64,000 nucleotides of DNA from Gammaproteobacteria bacterium (GCA_016179185.1 JACORW010000053.1:357-64356); one strand, 5' to 3'; shown: positions 1 to 11,361, counted from the first letter of the stretch. The notes: generated from the sequence alone by a model not told the origin. Numbers and translations: made by a program.

Positions 1-803
1 TTGTCCCCGATCTCGACAAGATTGCGCGCGTTGTGTCCATAACGCGTGAAGTAGCCGTTACCATGACTGACTTCCACCAGATTTCCATAGCCGAGCCGCG
101 GCCCGGACCAGGTGACTATCCCCGCCGCAACGGCAGTCACCGGGGAGCCGGCGGGGCCGGCAAAGTCAATTCCGGAGTGAAATTCGCGCTTGCCGGTCAG
201 CGGGTCGGTCCGGAAGCCGAACGGAGATGACAGCCAGAATTCGGATACCGGGCTGCCGTCCGGATGCGTCTGCTCCCTCAGGGAACGATCCATCATGATT
301 GACTCAAGCGCGAAGAGCTTGTCCGACTGATCCTGCAGCGTGCGCTCCAAGTCGGAAAGCGCCGCAATAAAATCGCCGGTGAGCAGGGATTGCTGATCCG
401 CCGCGGGTTCGGGACCACCCATGCCCGGGGGACGATCCAGGCCGAACCCCATATCCACCCCGGCCATGTCCGCCAGTCGCGAACCAAGCGCATCAAGCCT
501 GAGGACGTGGCCTTGAATGATACCCAGCCGTCCAGCCATCGCGTCCAGGGATTTTTCCGCGTCGAGCCGAGTGCGCAGGACCAGCTCGCGCTGTTGGCTG
601 AGTTCCTGCCCCCACGTTGTTCCGGCCAAGTCACCGATGCCGCCGCGAATTCCGCTTCCGTGATGGGTGGCGTATTGAATACCCCAATAGAATACACTGC
701 CAAAGCCGGCTGCGACCGCCAGCGCGAGCATGGCAGCAGTTGCGGGGCCTGCGCAGAAGCTCAGGCTCTTTTGCCGGGTCCCCGGCAGGAATATGATTTT
801 CAT
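1..803 (-). CDS. M23 family metallopeptidase (EnvC/NlpD-like); C-terminus cut by the window edge
   Basis: Absent from the ORF track because it runs off the left edge. My translation of the minus strand from ATG 803 is open to base 1: MKIIFLPG...FHSGIDFAGPAGSPVTAVAAGIVTW...VEVSHGNGYFTRYGHN (HxxxD and SHGNGY..Y.H M23 motifs). An alternative start at ATG 731 gives the MLALAVAAGF membrane anchor. Confidence 0.85.
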   Translation of the reverse strand, partial: MKIIFLPGTRQKSLSFCAGPATAAMLALAVAAGFGSVFYWGIQYATHHGSGIRGGIGDLAGTTWGQELSQQRELVLRTRLDAEKSLDAMAGRLGIIQGHVLRLDALGSRLADMAGVDMGFGLDRPPGMGGPEPAADQQSLLTGDFIAALSDLERTLQDQSDKLFALESIMMDRSLREQTHPDGSPVSEFWLSSPFGFRTDPLTGKREFHSGIDFAGPAGSPVTAVAAGIVTWSGPRLGYGNLVEVSHGNGYFTRYGHNARNLVEIGD

Positions 804-1275
804 GGCCACCCACCCCGATATTCTTATGGCAGCATCCCGCCGCAATTCCCCCGCCACCGTGCATAGCCTGCTCGTCCGGCGCGACGGACCGCTGTCAGGC
901 CTCAACAGCCGCGCCGAAGAACTGTCCCGCCTCGACGACCTGCTTTCGGCATTGCTACCCGGAGCGGTGGCGCAGCATGTACGGGCCTGCGCCCTGCACG
1001 GCAACACCCTGGTGCTGCAGACCGATTCTCCAGTCTGGTCCACCCGCCTGCGGATGGCGCAGCCGCAACTGCTCGCTGCGTTTCAGCATCACGACCGGAT
1101 CGCGAACATCACATCGCTGCGAATTACCGTGTCAGCGCCCGCGATCGAAGACCAGCGCGCCGGACCGACGCCGCGCCTTTCCGCCCCAGCGGCGGAATTC
1201 CTGGCAAAATGCGCTGACTCCCAAACCGATCCCGCGTTGCGCGCCGCATTGACCCGCCTCTCCAGGCGGACCTGA
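802..1275 (+). CDS. DUF721 / DciA-like protein
   Basis: The core LLPGAVAQHVRACALHGNTLVLQTDSPVWSTRLRMAQPQLLAAF matches the DUF721 pattern. Position between an M23 peptidase and lpxC is as in pseudomonads. Start uncertain: ATG 802 overlaps the divergent M23 ATG by 2 nt, and ATG 826 is an in-frame alternative. Confidence 0.65.
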   Translation: MATHPDILMAASRRNSPATVHSLLVRRDGPLSGLNSRAEELSRLDDLLSALLPGAVAQHVRACALHGNTLVLQTDSPVWSTRLRMAQPQLLAAFQHHDRIANITSLRITVSAPAIEDQRAGPTPRLSAPAAEFLAKCADSQTDPALRAALTRLSRRT

Positions 1276-1310
1276 GCTGGAGCCGCGGTCTGCGCCGCGT
1301 TCTCCCGATT

Positions 1311-1354
1311 AGAACCTACCTCAAACTGCGCTCGCTGATTTTGAGATAGGTTCT
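1311..1354. terminator. Inverted repeat between convergent genes (putative bidirectional terminator)
   Basis: AGAACCTACCTCAAA (1311-1325) and TTTGAGATAGGTTCT (1340-1354) are 14/15 complementary with a 14-nt loop. The right arm overlaps the lpxC stop codon. No clear U-tract. Confidence 0.45.
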
Positions 1355-2264
1355 ACACCGACGGTATCGGTTGTATGAAAGATATCGGTACGTCCACCGC
1401 GTCATCAAAACTGACCAGTTCCCAGGCATCCTGTTCCTGCAGCAACAACGCCAGCAGGCGGTTGTTCAGTTCGTGTCCCGATTTGTATCCCCGGAACGAC
1501 CCGATCAGGCTATGCCCGAGCAGGTACAGATCCCCGATAACGTCCAGAATCTTGTGCTTTACGCATTCATCCTGGTAGCGCAGCCCATCTTCATTCAGCA
1601 CGCGATAATCGTCCACGACAACGGCATTGTCCAGACTGCCGCCAAGAATGAGATTGCGCTGCCGCAGAAGTTCCACGTCGCGCATGAACCCGAACGTCCG
1701 CGCGCGACTGACTTCCTTGACAAAGGAGGTCGTTGAAAAATTGATCTCGGCATGGCAATTCTGCCCGTTGAACGCCGGATGATCAAACTGAATCGTGAAC
1801 CCGACCCGGAACCCGTCGAACGGCTCGAACATCGCCCACTTGTCGCCGTCCTCCACTCGTACGGTTCGCAGAATCTTGAGAAACCGCTTCGGCAGATTCT
1901 GTTCTTCAATGCCGGCGGACTGGATCAGAAACACGAACGGGCCGGCACTGCCATCCATGATCGGGACTTCGTCCGCGGACACGTCGATACACACATTGTC
2001 AACCCCGAAACCAGCCAGCGCCGACAGCAGGTGCTCGACTGTGGAGATGCGCACCCCGTCCCTGACCAGCGTGGTTGACAACTTGGTGTCGCCGACGTTT
2101 TCCGAACGCGCCGAAATGGAAACCGGCGGGTTGAGGTCGATGCGCCTGAAGACTATTCCGGTACCGGCGGGCGCCGGGCGGAGGGTCAGATACACTTTCT
2201 TTCCCGTATGCAGGCCGACCCCGGTGGCCCGTATGACGTTCTTCAGAGTGCGCTGTCTTATCAT
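1353..2264 (-). CDS. lpxC: UDP-3-O-acyl-N-acetylglucosamine deacetylase
   Basis: 303 aa: [24 protein letters not shown]...TVEHLLSAL...[15 protein letters not shown]. Full-length LpxC pattern, located downstream of ftsZ. Confidence 0.97.
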   Translation of the reverse strand: MIRQRTLKNVIRATGVGLHTGKKVYLTLRPAPAGTGIVFRRIDLNPPVSISARSENVGDTKLSTTLVRDGVRISTVEHLLSALAGFGVDNVCIDVSADEVPIMDGSAGPFVFLIQSAGIEEQNLPKRFLKILRTVRVEDGDKWAMFEPFDGFRVGFTIQFDHPAFNGQNCHAEINFSTTSFVKEVSRARTFGFMRDVELLRQRNLILGGSLDNAVVVDDYRVLNEDGLRYQDECVKHKILDVIGDLYLLGHSLIGSFRGYKSGHELNNRLLALLLQEQDAWELVSFDDAVDVPISFIQPIPSV

Positions 2265-2505
2265 TAGTATCGTCTCAGGCAGACTTTCAGGGAGCCCCTG
2301 AACTCGTTCAACGGTTCCCGCCGCACAGAAATACGAAAATTACATGCTTCGTATTCCGTCCTCTGACAGGTCCGGCACGGGCCTGTCCGGGCTCACCTAA
2401 TATATGCCCCGGGTCGCACTAGACTCGACTTTTACGGGCAAATTCCCCCACTGTCAAGCAGTTGCAATCACCCCCTGCCTCTGGATATCGAACAATATCA
2501 ACCAA

Positions 2506-3663
2506 TTAGTCCGCCTGTCGCCGCAGAAACGCGGGAATATCGAGCAGCTCCGGGTCCATGGCTGCCGTCTCCCGGGCTGCGGCAGGCGTTGCCGACGTTA
2601 CCGGGTTGCGCCGCAGGACCGCGGGCTTGTCCAGCTCCTTGAAATCCACATCTCCGTTGACCGTCCGGACCAGCTTGATCCGGGAAGTCTCCGCGCTGGC
2701 GGCGCTGGCATGACCCAGGCCGGTGGCAACAATGGTCACACGCATCTCTCCGCTCATTTCCGGGTCAATGACCGTTCCGACGACCACCGTGGCATTGTCG
2801 GAGGCGAACTGCTTCACGGTAGTGCCAACCTCGTCGAACTCGCCGATGGTCAGGTCCAGTCCCGCGGTGATATTCACCAGGATCCCCTTGGCGCCGGACA
2901 GATTTACATCTTCCAGCAGCGGGCTGGAGATCGCCGCCTTGGCCGCCATCTTGGCCCGGTCTTCGCCCTGGGCCTTGCCGGACCCCATCATCGCCATGCC
3001 CATTTCCGCCATCACTGTCCGGACGTCGGCGAAATCGACGTTGATGAGGCCGCGGCAGGTGATGAGCTGGGCGATCCCCTGCACGGCACCGAGCAGCACG
3101 TCATTCGCCGCCGCGAACGCGCTCAGCAGGCTGACCTCCCGGCCCAGAACAGTCAGCAGCTTTTCGTTCGGGATCGTGATGAGCGAATCCACGTATTGAC
3201 TCAACTCGGCCATGCCGTCCGTGGCCACCTGCATGCGCTTGCGGCCTTCGAAGCTGAACGGCTTCGTGACCACCGCCACGGTCAGGATGCCCATCTCCTT
3301 CGCCACTTGCGCCACGATCGGTGCCGCGCCGGTCCCGGTGCCGCCGCCCATGCCGGCAGTAATGAATACCATGTCGGCGCCTTCCAGAACGTCCATGATC
3401 CGATCCCGATCCTCCAACGCCGCCTGGCGGCCGACTGCGGGATCGGCTCCGGCGCCGAGCCCCTTGGTAACATTGCCGCCCAGTTGCAGCACGGTTTTCG
3501 CGCTCGAGGCCTTCAGCGCCTGCGCATCGGTATTCGCACTGACAAAATCGACACCTTCAATACTGGCCTTGAGCATGTGCTCGAGCGCATTGCCGCCGCC
3601 GCCGCCGACCCCAATTACCTTTATGATCGCTGCCTGGTTCGCTGCATCCACGAGTTCGAACAT
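2506..3663 (-). CDS. ftsZ: Cell division GTPase FtsZ
   Basis: 385 aa with the tubulin signature VIGVGGGGGNAL, NTDAQAL and GMGGGTGTGAAP. Confidence 0.99.
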   Translation of the reverse strand: MFELVDAANQAAIIKVIGVGGGGGNALEHMLKASIEGVDFVSANTDAQALKASSAKTVLQLGGNVTKGLGAGADPAVGRQAALEDRDRIMDVLEGADMVFITAGMGGGTGTGAAPIVAQVAKEMGILTVAVVTKPFSFEGRKRMQVATDGMAELSQYVDSLITIPNEKLLTVLGREVSLLSAFAAANDVLLGAVQGIAQLITCRGLINVDFADVRTVMAEMGMAMMGSGKAQGEDRAKMAAKAAISSPLLEDVNLSGAKGILVNITAGLDLTIGEFDEVGTTVKQFASDNATVVVGTVIDPEMSGEMRVTIVATGLGHASAASAETSRIKLVRTVNGDVDFKELDKPAVLRRNPVTSATPAAARETAAMDPELLDIPAFLRRQAD

Positions 3664-3701
3664 GTTTTTTCCTCCTCTGCGATAAAATGCCCGTTGTTCT
3701 T

Positions 3702-4937
3702 TCAGAAATTGCCCTGAAACCAGTTCTTCATCCGTTCCCAGATCCCCGCCAATCCACCATCCGCCCTGGATGTGGACGGGCTGCCAATTGATTGCCTGCG
3801 GCCGAACAGCAACAGGCCCACGCCGGTCGAATAAATGGGATTGCGGACCACGTCGGCGAGGCCGCTGACGTACTGCGGGACACCCACCCGGACCGGCATG
3901 TGAAAAATCTCCTCCGCCAGCTCCACGACACCTTCCATCCTCGAGCTGCCGCCGGTCAGTACAATGCCCGCGACTATCAGGTCCTCGAACCCGCTGCGTC
4001 GCAGTTCGGCCTGAACAAGTGAAAACAGCTCTTCATAGCGCGGCTGCACGACCTCGGCCAGCGTCTGCCGCGCCAGTCTCCGCGGCGGGCGATCCCCGAC
4101 ACTGGGCACTTCAATGGTGTCGTCAGGGTTGGCCAGCTGGGTAAGCGCGCACGCATAACGCACCTTGATGTCCTCGGCATGTTGCGTCGGTGTCCGCAGC
4201 GCCACGGCGATGTCGTTCGTTACCTGGTCTCCGGCGATCGGGATCACCGCCGTGTGGTGTATGGCACCGTCGGTAAACACCGCTATGTCCGTGGTGCCGC
4301 CGCCGACATCCACGAGACACACACCGAGGTCCTTTTCATCGTCGGTCAACACCGCGTGACTGGCCGCCAGTTGTTCGAGGATGATGTCGTCCACCTCCAG
4401 ACCGCAGCGGCGCACGCATTTGACAATGTTCTGCGCTGCGCTGACCGCGCCGGTGACGATATGGACCTTCGCCTCCAGACGCACACCGGACATGCCGATG
4501 GGTTCCTTGACGCCTTCCTGGCTGTCGATGACGAACTCCTGCGGCAGGATATGCAGTATCTTCTGGTCCGCGGGAATGGCCACGGCGCGTGCTGCATCAA
4601 TGACGCGGTCCACGTCGCCAACCGACACCTCCGCGTCGCGGATGGCGACGATCCCATGGGAATTCAGCGCGCGTATGTGGCTGCCGGCGATGCCCGCAAA
4701 TACCGAGTGAATTTCGCAACCGGCCATCAGTTCCGCCTCCTCGACCGCGCGCTGACTCGACTGCACCGTGGAATCTATGTTCACGACCACGCCCTTTTTC
4801 AGTCCGCGTGACCGGCTCGATCCGAGCCCGATGATCTCTATCTGCCCGTCGGGACCAATCTCGCCGACAATCGCAACGACCTTGGACGTGCCGATGTCCA
4901 GGCCGACGATCAGATTCTTGTCAGTGCGCCTCACCAT
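3702..4937 (-). CDS. ftsA: Cell division protein FtsA
   Basis: 411 aa actin-like ATPase: VGLDIGTSKVVAIVGE, DVGGGTTDIAVF. Located between ftsQ and ftsZ. Confidence 0.98.
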   Translation of the reverse strand: MVRRTDKNLIVGLDIGTSKVVAIVGEIGPDGQIEIIGLGSSRSRGLKKGVVVNIDSTVQSSQRAVEEAELMAGCEIHSVFAGIAGSHIRALNSHGIVAIRDAEVSVGDVDRVIDAARAVAIPADQKILHILPQEFVIDSQEGVKEPIGMSGVRLEAKVHIVTGAVSAAQNIVKCVRRCGLEVDDIILEQLAASHAVLTDDEKDLGVCLVDVGGGTTDIAVFTDGAIHHTAVIPIAGDQVTNDIAVALRTPTQHAEDIKVRYACALTQLANPDDTIEVPSVGDRPPRRLARQTLAEVVQPRYEELFSLVQAELRRSGFEDLIVAGIVLTGGSSRMEGVVELAEEIFHMPVRVGVPQYVSGLADVVRNPIYSTGVGLLLFGRRQSIGSPSTSRADGGLAGIWERMKNWFQGNF

Positions 4938-5721
4938 GTTTCACTGCCTCCATTGCGTCCGCGCTGCCCTGCCATTGCACCGCAAACCCGTTCGTATAGC
5001 GCATGTCGATGATGCGCGCGTTGTGCAGTCGTTGCGCCGGGTCCCGCCGCGCGGCTGCGGCGAAGCGGCGCACGCGTTCGACAAAATTCATGCGTCCGAG
5101 AATGATTTCCTGTCCTGTGGACAGGCGCATGCTCCATGCCCGGCGCTCGCTCAGCCTGAGTTCCACCACCTCGAGTCCATGCCCTGCGAGGACCTGAACT
5201 ACGAACCGGTACCGCTCCAGCAGGAGCTGTTCTGTTCCGGCCGGCCCGGTCAGCGCAGGCAATCCGGCCGGAAACGTGGACCGATCCGGCATGAACGGCA
5301 CGCCGTCTTCGTTCAGCAGCGCGTCTTCGCCCCAGCGGGCCGCGGGCTTCTGCTCCTGAACGGCCAGGTTGAGCGACTGCGGCCAGACACGGCGTACCGT
5401 GACGTCGCGAACCCACGGCTCGTCCAGCACGGCGCGACGCACGGCATCCACATTGACGTTGAAAAATCCGCCGCGCACGACGTTCTCGGCAACGGACTGC
5501 AAAACCTCCGGAGACAGGTGCGTGAATTCGCCGTTTATCTCCACATGCCGGATGGGGATGGTCATGGGGTTCAACACGTGCAGCGCGCCGAATGCCGCGG
5601 CAACCAGCAGCGCCAGCAGGGTCGTTACGCCGCTGGGGACGCGGAAACCAGGGGTGCCCGCAACGCGTGCGCTTCGTGCAGGCCGCCCCTGGTATCCACG
5701 AATGAATGACTGCGCGCTCAT
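4921..5721 (-). CDS. ftsQ: Cell division protein FtsQ
   Basis: 266 aa with a single TM (LLALLVAAAFGAL) followed by a POTRA-like region (IRHVEINGEFTHLSPEVL). ATGA overlap with the ddl stop. Confidence 0.93.
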   Translation of the reverse strand: MSAQSFIRGYQGRPARSARVAGTPGFRVPSGVTTLLALLVAAAFGALHVLNPMTIPIRHVEINGEFTHLSPEVLQSVAENVVRGGFFNVNVDAVRRAVLDEPWVRDVTVRRVWPQSLNLAVQEQKPAARWGEDALLNEDGVPFMPDRSTFPAGLPALTGPAGTEQLLLERYRFVVQVLAGHGLEVVELRLSERRAWSMRLSTGQEIILGRMNFVERVRRFAAAARRDPAQRLHNARIIDMRYTNGFAVQWQGSADAMEAVKHGEAH

Positions 5722-6719
5722 GGTTGCCCGGCTCCCCGAGCCACGCCCGTCTCTGCGGCAGAAAAACTCGTATCCAGGATCCGCAACACCAGGTCATCGA
5801 ACTCCATCCCGGCGTGGCGTGCGGCCATCGGAACCAGGCTGTGGCTGGTCATGCCGGGAACGGTGTTCACCTCGAGCAACCATGGCCGCCGCCGCTCATC
5901 CAGCATCAGGTCTACGCGACCCCAGCCGGCTGCCCCAACGAGCTGGAATGCGCGCAATGCGATCCGTCCGAGTTCCTGCTGCAATGTCCCGGGCAGCCCG
6001 CACGGGCAGATGTAACGCGTGGTTTCCGCCACATACTTGGCGTCGTAGTCGTAAAACTCGTTGGGGGTCTCCAGTTTGATGACGGGAAGCACCCGATCGG
6101 TCAGGATCCCGATCGTATATTCGGCGCCGGTGATCCACTGCTCCACCAACACACGCGCGTCAAGCTGACGGGCCTTGTGCCACGCGGTCACAAGCCCGTC
6201 CGCATCCACGACCCGGCTGGCGCCGCAACTGGAACCCTCGTGCACCGGTTTCACCATGACCGGCAGTCCAAGCTCCGCCTCGATCCGCCGCACATCCTCC
6301 TCGCCGCCGATTTCCAGAAACCGCGGCGTCGGCAGTCCCTGACTCTGCCAGACCCATTTACTGCGCACCTTGTCCATCGCGAGGGCCGAGCCCAGCACGC
6401 CGCTGCCCGTGAACGGCACGCCCAGCGTTGTCAGCGCACCCTGCACGGTGCCGTCCTCGCCGCCGCGGCCGTGCAGCGCGATGAATGCCCGATCGAACCC
6501 GGCGCGCGAAAACTCGCGCAGGAAACCCGCACCAACATCCACGGTGTGCGCGTCCACGCCGGCGCGCCGCAGCGCCGCGCACACGGCCGTGCCGGTTTCG
6601 AGGGAGATCGCGCGCTCCGCGGACGTTCCGCCCATCAGCACGGCCACGCGTCCATAACGCCCCGGACCATCCGCGCGGCCGGCCCTGTTGCGCACCGCAT
6701 CGCTGGTGGCTGTGTTCAC
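5718..6719 (-). CDS. ddl: D-alanine--D-alanine ligase
   Basis: GRVAVLMGGTSAERAISLETG...ALHGRGGEDGTVQG...ATP-grasp body. I place the start at GTG 6719, overlapping the murB stop (GTGA). The 415-aa ORF-track version extends into murB. Confidence 0.93.
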   Translation of the reverse strand: MNTATSDAVRNRAGRADGPGRYGRVAVLMGGTSAERAISLETGTAVCAALRRAGVDAHTVDVGAGFLREFSRAGFDRAFIALHGRGGEDGTVQGALTTLGVPFTGSGVLGSALAMDKVRSKWVWQSQGLPTPRFLEIGGEEDVRRIEAELGLPVMVKPVHEGSSCGASRVVDADGLVTAWHKARQLDARVLVEQWITGAEYTIGILTDRVLPVIKLETPNEFYDYDAKYVAETTRYICPCGLPGTLQQELGRIALRAFQLVGAAGWGRVDLMLDERRRPWLLEVNTVPGMTSHSLVPMAARHAGMEFDDLVLRILDTSFSAAETGVARGAGQP

Positions 6720-7681
6720 TGCGCGGGTTCTCCAACGATGCGGACTTCGGGATCGAGGTCCACGTTGCATTGTTCGCGCACGCGGTTTCGTATCAGACCA
6801 ATCAGTTGTTCCAGATGCGCGGCGGTGGCCCCGCCCTCGTTGATGATGAAATTGGCATGCTTTTCCGAAACGCGCGCCGCGCCGACGCGCATGCCCTTGA
6901 GCCCGCACTTTTCGATCAGCCGGCCGGCGTAATCGCCTACGGGATTGCGAAACACCGAGCCGCAACTGAACTCGCCTGTCGGCTGCGTGGCTGAACGGCG
7001 CGCAAGCAGCTCACGAATGCGCCAGTCTCCCGTGGCCTCCGGATCCGGGCGCAACTGCAGTCGCGCGCGCACAAACCACTCGCCGTCCGGCAATGCCACA
7101 TGCCGGTACCCCACGGCAAGATCCGCACGGTTGCGCTCGCGTAATGCGCCCGCGCGATCCAGCGTTGTAGCGGTCTGCACCCAGTCCCAGATCTCGCTGC
7201 CGTGTGCGCCGGCGTTCATGGCCAGCGCGCCGCCGACGGTACCCGGTATGCCCGCCAGAAACTCCACGCCGGCTAGCCGGTGCGCGGCGGCAAACCGCGC
7301 CACTTTGGCGCATGCAACACCGGCATCGGCTACCACCGCGCCCGGCGGTTCATGACGCAACTCCTTGATCGCGCCGGCCAGGGCGATCACCGTGCCGCGA
7401 AAACCGCCGTCGCGAACCAGGAGATTGCTGCCCAGCCCCGCCCACAGCAGCGGCATCGAAGGCGGCAACTGCGCCAGAAATTCGCGCAGGTCATCCAGGT
7501 CCGCGGGGAAGTAAAAACGATCCGCAGGCCCGCCGACGCGCCAGGTTGAATGCTGCGCCATGGGTTCGTTCATCAGCAGGCGGCCGCGCAGGCGGACCTC
7601 GTTGCCGGTGCGCGTCGCGTTCACGGCCGCGTCCCCGGAAAACGGTCTGCGCGTACTCGCCGGCCCCACGAACATTCCCAT
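6716..7681 (-). CDS. murB: UDP-N-acetylenolpyruvoylglucosamine reductase
   Basis: 321 aa: MAQHSTWRVGGPADRFYFP...GLGSNLLVRDGGFRG...SCGSVFRNP. The ATG directly abuts the murC stop. Confidence 0.93.
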   Translation of the reverse strand: MGMFVGPASTRRPFSGDAAVNATRTGNEVRLRGRLLMNEPMAQHSTWRVGGPADRFYFPADLDDLREFLAQLPPSMPLLWAGLGSNLLVRDGGFRGTVIALAGAIKELRHEPPGAVVADAGVACAKVARFAAAHRLAGVEFLAGIPGTVGGALAMNAGAHGSEIWDWVQTATTLDRAGALRERNRADLAVGYRHVALPDGEWFVRARLQLRPDPEATGDWRIRELLARRSATQPTGEFSCGSVFRNPVGDYAGRLIEKCGLKGMRVGAARVSEKHANFIINEGGATAAHLEQLIGLIRNRVREQCNVDLDPEVRIVGEPAQ

Positions 7682-9070
7682 TCAGCCTCCATGACCGCCA
7701 AGCAGCGCGTGTCCCAATGTGCCGATATCGCCCGCGCCAAGCACCAGCAGGATGTCGCCATCCCTGACTACCCCGGGAAGCACCGTCGCCAGATCAGCAC
7801 GTTTCTTCAGGAATACCGGCTCGATCTGCCCGCGCTGGCGCAGCGCCCGGCACAGGGCGCGGCTGTCCGCGCCGGCAATTGGGTTCTCGCCCGCCGGGTA
7901 CACCTCAAGCAGCAACGCGGCGTCGAACCGCGACAGCTCGCGACAGAAGTCCTCGAACAGATCCCGTGTGCGCGTAAAGCGGTGCGGCTGGAAGACGGTC
8001 ACCACGCGGCGACCAGGCCAGCCGGCGCGGATTGCCTTCAGCGTCGCGGCAATTTCCGTCGGATGATGTCCATAGTCGTCCACGACGGTGATCCGCTTGC
8101 CGTTCAGTTCCAGCACGCCCAGCACTTCGCAGCGCCGCCCGATCCCCTGGAATTGCCGCAGCGCCGCCGCCATCTTTTCCCGGGGTACATTGAGTTCGTT
8201 GGCAACGGCGATGGCGGCCAGGGAGTTCAACACGTTATGCCGGCCCGGCAGATTCAGTGTCACCGGCAGCCAGTCGCGCTCCCCACCATGGGCTACCGTG
8301 AACCGCATCTGCATACCGGCCGCCTCGATATCATGAGCGGAGTAATCCGCCGCCGCGCCCAGCGCATAGGTCACGACCGGTTTGCTGATTTTCGGGAGAA
8401 TGCCGGTCATGCCCGCGTCGTCGGCACAGACCACAGCCAGCCCGTAAAAAGGCAGGTGGTGCAGAAACTCGAGGAACACCGCCTTCAATCCTTCAAAGTC
8501 GCCGGCGTAGGCGTCGAGGTGGTCGGCGTCTATGTTGGTGACTACGGAGATCACCGGTTGCAGATGCAGAAACGAGGCGTCGCTTTCATCCGCCTCGGCC
8601 ACCAGATACCGGCCCGTGCCGAGCCGGGCGTTACGGCCGGTTCCGGTGAGGCGCCCGCCGATGACATAGGTCGGATCGAGGCCGCCCTCGGCCAGCAGAC
8701 TTGCGATCAGACTCGTGGTCGTGGTCTTGCCGTGGGTACCGGCAACCGCGATCCCGTGCCGGAAACGCATCAGCTCCGCCAGCATCTCCGCGCGTGGAAT
8801 GATCGGAATGCGTCTGGCCCGGGCCGCCGCCAGTTCGGTGTTGTCGTCGGCAATGGCGCCGGAAACCACGAGCACGTCGCTGCCATTCACATGTTTCGCG
8901 CTGTGGCCAATCAACACGCGGATCCCGATCTCCTGCAGGTGCCGGGTCGTCGCGCTGTCCTTGCGATCCGAACCGGAGACTTCATAGCCCAGGTTGTGCA
9001 TGACCTCTGCGATTCCGCTCATGCCCGCCCCGCCAATGCCGACGAAGTGCACATGACGCACACGGCCCAT
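7682..9070 (-). CDS. murC: UDP-N-acetylmuramate--L-alanine ligase
   Basis: From ATG 9070: [35 protein letters not shown]...[11 protein letters not shown]. The ORF-track N-extension overlaps murG. Confidence 0.96.
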   Translation of the reverse strand: MGRVRHVHFVGIGGAGMSGIAEVMHNLGYEVSGSDRKDSATTRHLQEIGIRVLIGHSAKHVNGSDVLVVSGAIADDNTELAAARARRIPIIPRAEMLAELMRFRHGIAVAGTHGKTTTTSLIASLLAEGGLDPTYVIGGRLTGTGRNARLGTGRYLVAEADESDASFLHLQPVISVVTNIDADHLDAYAGDFEGLKAVFLEFLHHLPFYGLAVVCADDAGMTGILPKISKPVVTYALGAAADYSAHDIEAAGMQMRFTVAHGGERDWLPVTLNLPGRHNVLNSLAAIAVANELNVPREKMAAALRQFQGIGRRCEVLGVLELNGKRITVVDDYGHHPTEIAATLKAIRAGWPGRRVVTVFQPHRFTRTRDLFEDFCRELSRFDAALLLEVYPAGENPIAGADSRALCRALRQRGQIEPVFLKKRADLATVLPGVVRDGDILLVLGAGDIGTLGHALLGGHGG

Positions 9071-9086
9071 CGGCTGGCGATTCGCT

Positions 9087-10175
9087 TCAGGCACGCAACG
9101 CCTCCATGCAGATCTCGCCGACGGCACGTGCGGCGTCCGGCCGCGACAGCCGCCGTGCCGCAACCGCCATCGCCAGCAAGCGATCACGCCGGCCGTGAAA
9201 CCCGCGCAGCAATTCGGCCAGCCGCGGGGCATTCAGTTCCGCTTCCGGCAGCAACACAGCGGCGTCGCCGCCGGCGATGTGCCGGGCGTTGGCAAACTGG
9301 TGATCGTCGGCGGCATGCGGATAGGGGACAAGAATCGATCCGATGCCCGCGGCGCACAGTTCCGCGAGCGTCAGTGCGCCGGCGCGGCACAACGCCAGGT
9401 CCGTCCGGGCATACGCTCCAGCCATGTCGTCAATGAACGGCACGATGCGCACGTCCCGGCCGGCACGGCGTCCATAGGCAGACTCGGTTTCGGGCAGTTG
9501 CATTGGGCCGCACTGGTGCAGCACCTGCACCGGGCACTCCGCCCCCAGCAGGTCCAATGCCGCCGGCACCACGGTATTCAGGACACGCGCGCCCTGGCTG
9601 CCGCCGAGAACCAGCAGGCGCAGGGGCCCTGCGCCGCTCCCGAGCCCGCGCGCCTCGGGCCCGGGCAGCGCGGCGATGGCGGCACGGACCGGATTGCCCA
9701 CCGAGTGCACTTTCTGGCCCGGAGGAAACGTCGCCGGAAATCCCTGCATGACCACGCGGGCGAGTCGGTACAGGATGCGATTTGTCAGGCCCGCCAGCGC
9801 ATTCTGCTCATGTATAAGGAGGGGGATGCGCAGCAGCCACGCCGCGAGGCCGCCGGCACCGCTGGCGAATCCCCCCATGCCGAGCACCGCGCCCGGCCGC
9901 ACGTGCAGCAACACGCGCACGGCCTGAGCCAGCGACCACAACAGGCGCACCGGCGCAAGCAATGCCCCGATTGCCCCGGAACCGCGCAGTCCGGCGGCAT
10001 CCAGCGTCAGCAGCCGGTACTGCTGCTGCGGCACAACGCGCGACTCCAGGCCGCGCTGCGTTCCCAGCCACACCACCTGAACGCCGCAGCCGCGCAGGTA
10101 ATCCGCGACGGCCAGAGCCGGGAATACATGCCCGCCGGTGCCGCCGGCCATGATAAGGAGCGGTTTAGGCCACAT
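9087..10175 (-). CDS. murG: Lipid II GlcNAc transferase MurG
   Basis: From ATG 10175: [28 protein letters not shown]-terminal half has [12 protein letters not shown]. Confidence 0.95.
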   Translation of the reverse strand: MWPKPLLIMAGGTGGHVFPALAVADYLRGCGVQVVWLGTQRGLESRVVPQQQYRLLTLDAAGLRGSGAIGALLAPVRLLWSLAQAVRVLLHVRPGAVLGMGGFASGAGGLAAWLLRIPLLIHEQNALAGLTNRILYRLARVVMQGFPATFPPGQKVHSVGNPVRAAIAALPGPEARGLGSGAGPLRLLVLGGSQGARVLNTVVPAALDLLGAECPVQVLHQCGPMQLPETESAYGRRAGRDVRIVPFIDDMAGAYARTDLALCRAGALTLAELCAAGIGSILVPYPHAADDHQFANARHIAGGDAAVLLPEAELNAPRLAELLRGFHGRRDRLLAMAVAARRLSRPDAARAVGEICMEALRA

Positions 10176-11361
10176 AGGTCGGTGTGACCTCGGGCAAGGC
10201 CCTGTGCCTGACACTGCGATTCTCCATCTCCACCCGGAGCAACAGCGCAAACAGCAGGCAGCACATCACCATGCTGTTGCTGCCGTAGCTCACCAGAGGC
10301 AGGGTCAGACCCTTCGTGGGCAGCACGCCCATGTTGACGCCGATGTTCACGAATGCCTGCAGGCCGATGATCAGGCCGATGCCGTATGCCAGGTAGGCTG
10401 CGTACATGCGCCCGGACTGTTCCGCGGCGGCGGCAATGACAAAGGTCCGCCAGATCACAAACGCGAACAGCAGGACGACCAGCGCCGACCCCAGCAGTCC
10501 GAATTCCTCCGCCAGCACTGCGAAAACGAAATCGGTGTGCGCTTCCGGCAGGTAGAACAGCTTTTGCACGCCGCTGCCGAGCCCGACGCCGAACCACTCC
10601 CCGCGCCCGAAAGCGATCAGCGCCTGTGTCAGTTGAAAACCGCTGTGGTATGGGTCCTGCCACGGATCGATGAAGCTGGTCAGGCGCTGCATCCGATACG
10701 GGGAATGCAGTGCCAGACTGCCGAGTACCGCGATCGCGGCCAGCATCCACGCGCAAAATCTGGTCAACGGCACGCCGCCCAGAAACAGCATTCCCAGCGT
10801 GGTGGCGAACAGAACCACGGCCCCGCCATAATCCGGTTCCAGCAACAGCAGGAATGCCATCCCCGTGGCCACCAGCACCGGGACAATGAAACCGCTGAAA
10901 CTGCCGCGCACTTTGTCTCCCTGCCGGACCATATAGCTGGCCACATAGGCGATTACGCCCAGTTTCGCCGGTTCGGAACTCTGCAGATTCACGGCGCCCA
11001 GATCGATCCAGCGCATGCTGCCGTTCACCTCGCGGCCGATGCCCGGGATCAGGACCAGCAAGAGCAGAAATGCCGACAGCCCGAGAAGTTGAATGCTGTA
11101 ACGCTCCCACAGCGCCAGCGGCGCGCGCAGCACGCCAAGGCCCGCCACGGCGCCGAAGCCCACCGCGGCGCACTGGCGCCAGAAGAAATGCAGCGGTTCT
11201 CCATAATTGCGATCGGACATCGCCACGGACGAGGACGCGACCATGACAAGCCCCAGGGTCACAAGCGCCACGAATGCCGCAAGCAACAGTGGATCCAGCG
11301 GAAAAGACCGCAGGCTGCGCCGCGCGACGATGGCCGCCATACCGCCGTGAAATCTGCTCAT
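10165..11361 (-). CDS. ftsW: SEDS-family peptidoglycan polymerase FtsW
   Basis: Polytopic membrane protein (LLLAAFVALVTLGLVMVASSS...PEAHTDFVFAVLAEEFG). Start ATG 11361 overlaps the murD stop (ATGA). Confidence 0.93.
   Translation of the reverse strand: MSRFHGGMAAIVARRSLRSFPLDPLLLAAFVALVTLGLVMVASSSVAMSDRNYGEPLHFFWRQCAAVGFGAVAGLGVLRAPLALWERYSIQLLGLSAFLLLLVLIPGIGREVNGSMRWIDLGAVNLQSSEPAKLGVIAYVASYMVRQGDKVRGSFSGFIVPVLVATGMAFLLLLEPDYGGAVVLFATTLGMLFLGGVPLTRFCAWMLAAIAVLGSLALHSPYRMQRLTSFIDPWQDPYHSGFQLTQALIAFGRGEWFGVGLGSGVQKLFYLPEAHTDFVFAVLAEEFGLLGSALVVLLFAFVIWRTFVIAAAAEQSGRMYAAYLAYGIGLIIGLQAFVNIGVNMGVLPTKGLTLPLVSYGSNSMVMCCLLFALLLRVEMENRSVRHRALPEVTPTYVA

Noticed and set aside
293-703. 136-aa minus-strand ORF offered by the ORF track at the left edge
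   Set aside because: It is in the wrong frame. The neighbouring frame (codons phased from 803) is open to base 1 and encodes a clear M23 peptidase.
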